A stretch of 64,000 bases of DNA from Gammaproteobacteria bacterium (GTDB taxonomy: Bacteria > Pseudomonadota > Gammaproteobacteria > Eutrophobiales > Eutrophobiaceae): positions 12,923 through 76,922 of the forward strand of contig JAJFKM010000048.1 of the NCBI GenBank assembly GCA_021773215.1, read 5' to 3'. Position 1 is the stretch's first letter. Every line of letters starts with the position of its first letter. The notes below the pieces were generated by a model, which was not told the DNA's origin, searched no databases, and saw only the letters and a list, made by a program, of their open reading frames with translations. This document shows, one piece after another, positions 8,187 through 16,411 of the stretch. The translations under genes and the position numbers were made by a program.

Positions 8187-9688
8187 TTATATAGCGCCCG
8201 TGCTAATTTAACTTCAACCATGTTTTGAACATGGCTATAAACATCATCGCCAAATTTAGTCTTCACCAGATCTAGATAACGTTTATTTGTGAAATACTTT
8301 GTAAACGCCTCATCTCGAAACTTTAGGACTTCTGCTGCGGATATATGTTCTGTTGGTAATGGCTGAGTTTCATAACTATGCTGCGAATAACCAATCCAGT
8401 TATCAGGCAACTTCCATTCTTGTTTCTTAGCGTACAGATACAATGGAGAACCAGGATATGCCATGGCTGAATAAAAATTGGCAAATTCGCAATTTGCTTC
8501 AATTGCCATGTCCAAAGTCTCTTGCATTGTATTTAAATCATCATCCGGCAATCCAAAAATATAATTGCCAATAACATTAATATTTGCGTCTTTAATCTTT
8601 CCAATAATGTTCAGAATATCACTTGTCCCAAAACGACCTTTTTCCACACCATCACGAACATGTTTACTAGCAGACTCTATTCCTAATGCTAACCATCTGA
8701 TGCCAGCTGCTCGTAGACTCTCCAGATATTCATCTTTAATAGTATCAATTCGAGCATACGCCCAAATATTAAGATCATACCCTCGATCTATTATTCTTTC
8801 GCATATCCCAAGCACATGATTTTTATTCAGCACAAACATTTCATCAACAATTTTTATATTTTTTATACCGTAATCATTAACCAGAATATCAATTTGACCT
8901 ATAATGTTATCGGGCGACCACATTCGATATGATGACTTACCAAATGGGGCATTAATACAGCAGAAGCTACAATGATAGGGACAACCAAGACTCGTATGTA
9001 TTGATGCATAAGGTTGCCTATGGTTGATATCTTCAAAACAGTGCCAATTGTGTGCCCTATACTTTTCCATTGGCAATAGATCAAGTGCAGGTTCTGGCAT
9101 GGCACTATCCAAATCAGAAATCAATTGTCCCGGCTTCGTAAACTTTATTTTATTATTATCGTAATAATAAAGACTAGGAACATCAGAAAAACCAGCATTA
9201 TTATTCAAATTTTCCATTACCTGAAAAATTGTCTCAGGCCCTTCACCACTACAAACAAAATCAACATCTTCTTCTCTCAATGTTTGTTCTGGCAATGCAG
9301 CGGGATGTGTACCTGTCATTAATATCTTAGTATCAGGCAATAATTTTTTAATTGCTGTGCAGGTAACACTTGCAGCAGGCATATTCTGTGTCGAAGCAGA
9401 AGGCTGGTATCCATACACAACCATAACAATCAAGACAGGATTAAAATGCTTTGATATGATTTCAGCAACTTGTTCCGGGGATAAGCCAAATGCAGGAGCA
9501 TCTATAATATCGACAGACGCTTTTTTATTTCTCATATAACTTGCAAACAACGCAATTAAACTAGGTGTTTCAATTGCAGAAAGATTTGATGCTAGATTCT
9601 GATATACAGCATGCAAATTCCCGGGATTAATGAAGACAATATCGATGTCTTCACGGTCTTTTATTGTTAATTCATCTAGTGTCTTCAT
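8183..9688 (-). CDS. Cobalamin-binding radical SAM enzyme (class B radical SAM, probable C-methyltransferase)
   Basis: 501 aa. N-terminal B12-binding-like domain (DIVFINPG...) followed by CxxxCxxC (SLGCPYHCSFCC). Its stop overlaps the GHMP kinase start by 4 bp. Confidence 0.75.
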   Translation of the reverse strand: MKTLDELTIKDREDIDIVFINPGNLHAVYQNLASNLSAIETPSLIALFASYMRNKKASVDIIDAPAFGLSPEQVAEIISKHFNPVLIVMVVYGYQPSASTQNMPAASVTCTAIKKLLPDTKILMTGTHPAALPEQTLREEDVDFVCSGEGPETIFQVMENLNNNAGFSDVPSLYYYDNNKIKFTKPGQLISDLDSAMPEPALDLLPMEKYRAHNWHCFEDINHRQPYASIHTSLGCPYHCSFCCINAPFGKSSYRMWSPDNIIGQIDILVNDYGIKNIKIVDEMFVLNKNHVLGICERIIDRGYDLNIWAYARIDTIKDEYLESLRAAGIRWLALGIESASKHVRDGVEKGRFGTSDILNIIGKIKDANINVIGNYIFGLPDDDLNTMQETLDMAIEANCEFANFYSAMAYPGSPLYLYAKKQEWKLPDNWIGYSQHSYETQPLPTEHISAAEVLKFRDEAFTKYFTNKRYLDLVKTKFGDDVYSHVQNMVEVKLARALYK

Positions 9689-9689
9689 C

Positions 9690-10739
9690 TTAGTAGGCTA
9701 TTGAGTCAATTTTATTTCTTCTAAACATATTATAGGTTTTAGATACAAACATACCGAACGCCGTCTTTATCATAAAAAAGTGTCCTGCGAACCTTACGAA
9801 ATATTTAATTCTTATAATTAATGGGAGCCCTTTATCTCCAAGGAAATTATCGTGAAACCACCTGCAACAATTTAAATAATTCTTATGCCTATCACTTAAT
9901 GTATAAGTATCATTAATTAATGGCACTTCAGTATTTTCAATAATTGATTGCAACCGTGCTGCCTGCAACTCTCTCAAGTCACGTAATGAAATAAACGCAA
10001 AATCATCATGGCAGTCAGTTCGTTGAAAAGATTCGTTATTATCATGGTGTGAATTTAACTTTAGGTGCGTAAATTTAATATCAGCTAAATAGATTATTCT
10101 TTCGTAGGATTTATTTACCAATCTCTTAAACACATCCATTAAATGTGTGTCAATGAACAATCGTTTATATAATGGTGGGTACGGATAGACCAATGCTTCA
10201 CATGTTTTACGCGATAAAATAGGGAAAGTACTTAATTTGTCCTGATTAAACCCATCATTAGGATAAGCAAGGTATATCTCATCATCAATTTTATCTATTT
10301 CTTTTATTAATAATTTATCCCAGTTACTGGTTTCTATAATGACATCATCATTTATCAACATTATAATGTTTCCAGAACAGTATCGATAGCAAACAGAATT
10401 ATATTGCCCCATAGTTAATCTTGGACCGATTATTTTTAATATGCTTACATCCTCGTTCACAAATTCACGAGTTGATGAATCATCGTCATCCACGTAAATT
10501 ACCACTTCAATATATTCTAGATTACACGACTTTCTAATCAGGCTTTGAAACAATCTATCCAGATGTTCTATTCTATTTCTTGTTGGTAACAATAATGAAA
10601 TTTTTATTTTCTTATCTTTTTTATAATTATGTCTTTCGATAAGAAGATCCAAACTGTCATAATCAGATATATCGGCAAGCTTATCTTTCAGATTATTTTT
10701 ATCATGATAATTTGATTTTGAATTCAACATTAATAGCAC
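9690..10739 (-). CDS. Glycosyltransferase (GT-A fold, family 2-like)
   Basis: KISLLLPTRNRIEHLDRLFQSL followed by the acidic cluster YVDDDD; 349 aa. Confidence 0.6.
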   Translation of the reverse strand: MLLMLNSKSNYHDKNNLKDKLADISDYDSLDLLIERHNYKKDKKIKISLLLPTRNRIEHLDRLFQSLIRKSCNLEYIEVVIYVDDDDSSTREFVNEDVSILKIIGPRLTMGQYNSVCYRYCSGNIIMLINDDVIIETSNWDKLLIKEIDKIDDEIYLAYPNDGFNQDKLSTFPILSRKTCEALVYPYPPLYKRLFIDTHLMDVFKRLVNKSYERIIYLADIKFTHLKLNSHHDNNESFQRTDCHDDFAFISLRDLRELQAARLQSIIENTEVPLINDTYTLSDRHKNYLNCCRWFHDNFLGDKGLPLIIRIKYFVRFAGHFFMIKTAFGMFVSKTYNMFRRNKIDSIAY

Positions 10740-10754
10740 CTAAGCATTTTTCTC

Positions 10755-11330
10755 TTATCTCTTTTCCCAAAGGATTAATTGAGTACGTTGTTCTAATTGT
10801 GGCTTGAGATTCTTATATTCTTCTAATGTTAAGCATAGTGTTCGTATCTTTCTTTCAATATATTTTTCAGTTTTATCAACTAAATCTTCAAGGTTAGCAG
10901 TATCAATATCACCAACGAGAACCAAATCAATCAATCCAGTGTCTTTTCCCTGAGCATAGTCATCAATCAAAAATGCTTGCTTTAAATTTCCCAATCGCTC
11001 CAGAATGCTTTCAAGGATCTGGTCCATGCCGAGTGCTTTTTTTACCATGGAATGTAATTCAGGAAATAACGCGTGGTCATTATTTGCCTGATAATAGATA
11101 TTCCTACCTTTTTTATGGCATGAGATCAGATCAGCATCGCAGAGTTGTCGCAGCTCTTCCGACACCTGACTTGATGAAATGTTAAATTCATTTGAGAGTT
11201 CTCTAAGATAAGCTTGCTGCTCATAATTCAAGAATAATCTCATAAGAATTTTGATTCTGGTTTTTGATGTAATTAAACCGGAAAAGATAGACACATATCC
11301 ACCACTAGTTCGTTCTGTATTTAAGAACAA
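10755..11330 (-). CDS. Winged helix-turn-helix transcriptional regulator (ArsR-like N-terminus) with uncharacterized C-terminal domain
   Basis: N-terminal IKILMRL...YLRELSNEFNISSSQVSEELRQLCDADLI resembles an ArsR/HTH_20 DNA-binding domain; 191 aa. It is embedded between GT genes. Confidence 0.5.
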   Translation of the reverse strand: MFLNTERTSGGYVSIFSGLITSKTRIKILMRLFLNYEQQAYLRELSNEFNISSSQVSEELRQLCDADLISCHKKGRNIYYQANNDHALFPELHSMVKKALGMDQILESILERLGNLKQAFLIDDYAQGKDTGLIDLVLVGDIDTANLEDLVDKTEKYIERKIRTLCLTLEEYKNLKPQLEQRTQLILWEKR

Positions 11331-11500
11331 GATAGCATAAAGTCATGATTTATCAACGCTTTAATCGGTAATAGGTCACAGTTTTAATAGATATATACTG
11401 TACAATTGGATGCGAAAACGAATATATAGTAACGAAGAATTAATTTTAATTTGTACGGAGGGTTAGTCTTTAGAAAACTTATCGAGTTTAAATATTTTAT

Positions 11501-12715
11501 TTACTTCTCACTACAAATTTTGTCGATCAACTTAGTGTATCTGCTACTTACCAACTGCCAATCAAATTTTTCTCTCGCTTTTTGCCTTCCTGTAGAAGCT
11601 AGTTTTCTTGAATACGTTTTATCCATCAATAACGTGATGATTTGTTTTGCTAAATCATCTGAGTTCCCAGGAGTAAATAATAAACCTGATATATTATGTT
11701 CTATAACCTCTTTAATAGGTTCTAGCGCAGAAGCGATCACTGCACAACCACAGCCTAATGCCTCGATTGTTACTAATCCAAGACCTTCTCTGTCACCTTG
11801 TGGGTCAATGATGGATGGTATAACTGCTATATTTGCAGATGAATATAGATCTGGTAATTCAGTATTTGAAACACCACCATAGATCTTCACATTATCATCT
11901 AGTAATAATTTTCTTATTTTACTATCAACCTCACCACGCAACGGCCCATCTCCTACGAGGATCAATTCAACCGATGGAACTGAATCTTTAACCAATGATA
12001 TTGCATCGATCAATACATGAATTCCCTTTTTCGCTACAAATCTTCCAACAAAAATAATTTTATTGTCTTGTCTTTCTATATTTACTGAAGGGATAAACAA
12101 ATCTTGTAAATCTACACCCATAGGTGAAACACTGATCTTATTTGTCGTTAATTCCAGGTTTTTGCAATCATTTTTCATTGCCTCACTCACAACACATAAG
12201 TGTGTACAATTTTTAGCCGTCCATTTTTTTAGCCATTGCATGAGTCCGCCATTAAAGGCATAAAGATCCCCCCCGTGTGAAGTACAAAGAACGGGGGGTT
12301 TAGTTTTAGTGAAAAACTTGATTATAAAAACACAAATAAGTGATTGAGGTATTAACCAGTGAGAGTGAAGAAGATCGTATTTTTGATTTTTTAGCCTATT
12401 TATAATCGTGATAGATTGAAATAGTAAAAAGAAAGGCACTAAAAAATAATTTAATTTTTTATTTTTAAGATTCGCATTAATACCTCCATTATACGCCAAT
12501 GTCTGGAAGCTATCTGTAAAGTACTTGTATCGATAAACATTTACTCCTTCCATTGTTTCATGCCGTTTTGCACCATACGCATGTGGTGCTATGACATCAA
12601 CTTTAAAGCCACAACGTACATAATGTTTTGATAATTCATAAACGAAAGGGGGAGTTGCATCGTTTTTCCATCGTGGGAATGTTGAAGTGACGACAAGTAG
12701 AGACTTCCTATCCAC
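11501..12715 (-). CDS. Glycosyltransferase family 4 (GT-B fold)
   Basis: 404 aa; C-terminal EALGCGCAVIASALEPIKEVIEH matches the GT4/RfaG-like E-x7-E region. Confidence 0.75.
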   Translation of the reverse strand: MDRKSLLVVTSTFPRWKNDATPPFVYELSKHYVRCGFKVDVIAPHAYGAKRHETMEGVNVYRYKYFTDSFQTLAYNGGINANLKNKKLNYFLVPFFLLFQSITIINRLKNQKYDLLHSHWLIPQSLICVFIIKFFTKTKPPVLCTSHGGDLYAFNGGLMQWLKKWTAKNCTHLCVVSEAMKNDCKNLELTTNKISVSPMGVDLQDLFIPSVNIERQDNKIIFVGRFVAKKGIHVLIDAISLVKDSVPSVELILVGDGPLRGEVDSKIRKLLLDDNVKIYGGVSNTELPDLYSSANIAVIPSIIDPQGDREGLGLVTIEALGCGCAVIASALEPIKEVIEHNISGLLFTPGNSDDLAKQIITLLMDKTYSRKLASTGRQKAREKFDWQLVSSRYTKLIDKICSEK

Positions 12716-12739
12716 TATTTATATATCGATGTATCGCAA

Positions 12740-13651
12740 TCAATTATCATCTTTCTGATTTTTACTATAAATCAGAAAAGTAATTTGTTCCGATAATAAA
12801 CCTATCAAAAAAACAAGAATTGAAGTCAAGAACAATAAAGCACTCATATTAGTAAATCTTTCAAGGTAATAATATGTGTAGGCATAATAGCTAAGTCCTG
12901 TAATAAAAACGGCAAAACTAGCAGGACCAAATATTTTGAGCGGAGAGTATAATGCAGTGATTCTAAAAATTATCAATAAAAATCTAATCCCATCTTTTAC
13001 TAATTTAATGTGACTAGTACCAGTTCGTTTCTCGCAACTGATTGGAACATATTTAATGCTGTATCCAGATCGAAAAAAAGCCATAGTAATGGTTGTTGGA
13101 TAAGAAAAACCATTCGGCAATAAATATAAAAAGTTTTTAAACATATTTGCTTTCACAGCTCTAAAGCCAGAAGTTAAATCAAGTATTTTATGTCCTGACA
13201 TATAACTGGCTAGCTTATTATAAAACAGATTAGCTATATACCTTGGAAAGCTCGTTTGAGATTTCTTATTCCGAGCGCCAATAACCATATCGTTTCCATT
13301 GTCAATTTCAGCAAGAAATTTTTTAATGTCTTCTGGCGAGTGCTGACCATCTGCATCCATAAAAACCAATATGTCACCAGTTGCCGTGCGCGCACCTGCT
13401 TTTATCGCTGCACCATTTCCTTTTGAATACGGATGGCTAATTACTTTTACAGCATGACTATTACAAATCTCGATTGTGTCATCTTCGGAACCATCATTGA
13501 CAACTAGGATTTCTGCTTCTGGACAACAAGCACGTATTCGAGGCAATAATTTATTTAATGATTCTCCCTCATTTTTTGCTGGCAAGATAATACTGACTGA
13601 TGTTTCCATTTTTATAGAATCATTCATTTTCCTGAATAGGTCTTTGTTCAA
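12740..13651 (-). CDS. Polyprenyl-phosphate sugar transferase (GT2, ArnC/GtrB/DPM1-like)
   Basis: VSIILPAKNEGESL...ILVVNDGSEDDT...VFMDADGQH are hallmark ArnC/DPM1 motifs. It has C-terminal TM helices and overlaps the downstream-upstream GT-C gene by 32 bp. Confidence 0.8.
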   Translation of the reverse strand: MNKDLFRKMNDSIKMETSVSIILPAKNEGESLNKLLPRIRACCPEAEILVVNDGSEDDTIEICNSHAVKVISHPYSKGNGAAIKAGARTATGDILVFMDADGQHSPEDIKKFLAEIDNGNDMVIGARNKKSQTSFPRYIANLFYNKLASYMSGHKILDLTSGFRAVKANMFKNFLYLLPNGFSYPTTITMAFFRSGYSIKYVPISCEKRTGTSHIKLVKDGIRFLLIIFRITALYSPLKIFGPASFAVFITGLSYYAYTYYYLERFTNMSALLFLTSILVFLIGLLSEQITFLIYSKNQKDDN

Positions 13652-15530
13652 TCATTGAAATTTGCTCTATTAATTTATTGTAAACCCAACTATTTCCTTG
13701 CTGCTCAAAACTATACAACAACTCGTTTTTTCTTATTTCAGCCTCACTAGCTTTACCTAAACTAGATAATATCTTTATTTCTCTAATCTTCTTTTCAATA
13801 CTGGGATATAAATTATCTGATAAACGTAAGTATTCTAAGGCTTTTATGAAATTACCGCTAAATATTTCAAGTCCTGATAAATAATCATAAAATTGTGCAT
13901 GGTTAACATTGTCATATTTATGATTATTTATCAGGTGATTTATTAAGTTTTTTAATTTTTCTACATCAATTATCGGGCATTTATTTTTAAGTACTTGCAA
14001 TGTCAGATTATCAAGAACAACGACAACATTAAACCCAGTTGGAATACTCACATCTGCAATATTATAGAATTCATTCCAATCTTCATCAACGCTCCTCAAG
14101 CCCCTTATACAATTATCCAGTTTTATCTGCTCAGCATAGGGGTAGAATGATTTGGGACTAAGTTTTTTTAAATCCTCAATAATCAGTCGGGCTTGTTCAT
14201 GATCTTTATTTATTTTCAGATTATAAAGATCAGTTTTAGCTCTGATAGAATCAGGTTGATTTCTGGCCCATTCATTTATTTGTAATGCAGGTTTCGACCA
14301 AAGATCTACCTCGATCACTGTAATAGCTAATATCAAACCGCAATACATGAAAGCTGTTAAAATAATCCATAGACGATGCTTGACTATTGTGGACAAATAA
14401 ATAAAGCCACAGGAAATGCCTAATATTAGGCTAAAGGAAGGTAGGTAATTCCTATGTTCAAAATAAGGTTCCAGATTCAAATAGGTCGATTCAAGCAAAT
14501 GTCCACCCAGAAACCAAAGTATTGCAAAACTATATATAGGCTGCGACTTTCTTTTTATCAAGGCTGTTGTGAGTAGCGTCAACAATATAATCCCACTTAA
14601 CATAAACCTACTCGAATAAATACTCCTTACGATTTCATAATTATCATGATACAAACTGAATGAAGATGGACTTGGTAATAGAATATTCTTTATGTATTCA
14701 GCCAAAACAACAACTTCAGTAAGTATTTTTTCTATAACTCCATAATCCTTAAAAGCATAACCATATAGATTCGCCTCGAATTTAAATGCAAGATAAATAA
14801 TCAATAGCGTTAATGGCGATATCAAGAAAAACATTGTCCAATGAGACCAGTATTTTGGTCTCTGCAAATGCATCAGGATCGTTATTTCCAAAGATAAAAT
14901 ATAAATCAGTAAAAGGATTCCATTTTCTTTACATAGAATCGCCAACGCTGTAAAAAATAAAATTAATCCGCCAGTGAGACAATCTTTATATAAACTCTGT
15001 CTGTCTGCATGTTTTAACCTCATGAGGAGATAGGTCAAAACACCGAGTAACATAAAAAACGTAGACAATAATGTCATCCGTTGAATCACATACAAGGTCG
15101 TTGTTAACTGAATAGGGTGCAGCAACCACAAGCCTGTGACAATTATTGGGATGTACTTTCGAAATGTGCCCTCTTTAAATAATATAGTTAGATAAGCACT
15201 GATAATGTAGATCAAACATCCATTTAGAAGATGAATGCCCAGATTAACTAACTTAAAATCAAACGGCGCACTAGGCCAACTTTCATGTTGTAAGGCGAAC
15301 GTTACTAAAGATAATGGCCTACCAGAAGGTCCTGCAATATCGGTAGCAAATATAAAATAAGGAAACCCATAAGTCTTTATGGTGTCCAAATCACGCAAAT
15401 TAGAAAAATCATCTAGTAAAAAACGACTATCCAATCCTGGCCAATAGATCAATGTTGTTAGCATCAATAAGCAAAGCAACATCATAAACTGCCAACGATT
15501 AATAGTTGGTTTTTCTTTAATCATTATCAT
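13620..15530 (-). CDS. GT-C fold membrane glycosyltransferase with C-terminal TPR-like domain (PMT/ArnT/TfpW-like)
   Basis: 636 aa with about 11 predicted TM segments. There is an acidic LLDDFSN motif in the first extracytoplasmic loop and a C-terminal soluble region of about 200 aa with TPR-like repeats. It lies immediately downstream of pilA. Confidence 0.65.
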   Translation of the reverse strand: MIMIKEKPTINRWQFMMLLCLLMLTTLIYWPGLDSRFLLDDFSNLRDLDTIKTYGFPYFIFATDIAGPSGRPLSLVTFALQHESWPSAPFDFKLVNLGIHLLNGCLIYIISAYLTILFKEGTFRKYIPIIVTGLWLLHPIQLTTTLYVIQRMTLLSTFFMLLGVLTYLLMRLKHADRQSLYKDCLTGGLILFFTALAILCKENGILLLIYILSLEITILMHLQRPKYWSHWTMFFLISPLTLLIIYLAFKFEANLYGYAFKDYGVIEKILTEVVVLAEYIKNILLPSPSSFSLYHDNYEIVRSIYSSRFMLSGIILLTLLTTALIKRKSQPIYSFAILWFLGGHLLESTYLNLEPYFEHRNYLPSFSLILGISCGFIYLSTIVKHRLWIILTAFMYCGLILAITVIEVDLWSKPALQINEWARNQPDSIRAKTDLYNLKINKDHEQARLIIEDLKKLSPKSFYPYAEQIKLDNCIRGLRSVDEDWNEFYNIADVSIPTGFNVVVVLDNLTLQVLKNKCPIIDVEKLKNLINHLINNHKYDNVNHAQFYDYLSGLEIFSGNFIKALEYLRLSDNLYPSIEKKIREIKILSSLGKASEAEIRKNELLYSFEQQGNSWVYNKLIEQISMIEQRPIQENE

Positions 15531-15584
15531 GTATCAAGGATAACAGCAGAATCTTTCCAAGGTTGATAACTTAATAACAGACAT

Positions 15585-15609
15585 AAAAAAAGGGCTGCGA
15601 TAGCAGCCC
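15585..15609 (-). terminator. Rho-independent terminator downstream of pilA
   Basis: The minus strand reads GGGCTGC-TATC-GCAGCCC followed by TTTTTTT, about 40 nt after the pilA stop. Confidence 0.7.
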
Positions 15610-15646
15610 TTTCTTTCACACAGTTATCGGTGATAACTATATGGTC

Positions 15647-16075
15647 TTACTTACAAGCGCCTGGTAACAATGAACCGGGAATATTACCCGCATTACAAAC
15701 CCATTGTTTTCCGTCAGTACTTGACATTATGAATGTGCTACTCACAATCTTTGAGTTAACACCAGTAGCTTTCATAGTAGCCGTCATTGTGACTGCTGGA
15801 GCGGTACCGGTTAGAACGATAGTATTAACGTACTTACCTTGATCAGTACCACCGACTGCTGTCACGGTAGCAGGAACAGAACCAACGTCCGAGATATATT
15901 CAACCAAAGGCGTTTTCAGACCAGAAGTCAGTGACATGGCTTCAGAAACTTGCGCACGCGCCGTATAATCAGAGTACGCGGGTATGGCAACTGCCGCTAA
16001 AATACCGATAATCGCGATAACGATCATCAATTCAATAAGAGTAAAACCTTTTTGTAACTTATGCATTGGAAACAT
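15647..16075 (-). CDS. pilA: Type IV major pilin (T4a, PilA/PilE-like)
   Basis: MKLQKGFTLIELMIVIAIIGILAAVAIPAY is a class III leader with the G/F cleavage site and Glu+5. It is 142 aa with a C-terminal disulfide loop C...C-K. An AAGGAGA Shine-Dalgarno lies 6 nt upstream. Confidence 0.95.
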   Translation of the reverse strand: MFPMHKLQKGFTLIELMIVIAIIGILAAVAIPAYSDYTARAQVSEAMSLTSGLKTPLVEYISDVGSVPATVTAVGGTDQGKYVNTIVLTGTAPAVTMTATMKATGVNSKIVSSTFIMSSTDGKQWVCNAGNIPGSLLPGACK

Positions 16076-16130
16076 CTCCTTAATTAGTTATTTATAAAAC
16101 ATCATCAATATTGATTAACAAGTATAACCT

Positions 16131-16147
16131 AGCAGAGTTCATGCCAG
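16131..16147 (-). promoter_or_regulatory. Sigma-54 (-24/-12) promoter of pilA
   Basis: The minus strand reads CTGGCATGAACTCTGCT against the consensus YTGGCACG-N4-TTGCW, with correct GG-N10-GC spacing. It lies about 55 nt upstream of the pilA ATG. The PilR sigma-54 activator is encoded nearby. Confidence 0.65.
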
Positions 16148-16411
16148 CAAATGAACGCTGTTAAGACACTGATTTTAATGACATTATATATTTTAACACA
16201 TTACATTTTGTCTGAAAGTGACCATTATCGTCATCTTTTGACGTCAGCATAGGTTCTAATCATACTCTTAATTCTCACTTTCCCGTTCCTGACAATAGAC
16301 TAGTCGGGATACCCGTCGAGACAATATAATAATCTCAGGATTACCCACTCACCGCTATTTGCATAGCAAAATGCTATACACGATCTTTATATTCACATCA
16401 CATAATGCCAT

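Noticed and set aside
11451-11882. 143-aa plus-strand ORF overlapping the 3' end of the GT4 gene
   Set aside because: It is antisense to a well-supported glycosyltransferase with a conserved E-x7-E C-terminus, has no RBS, and has hydrophobic low-complexity composition.
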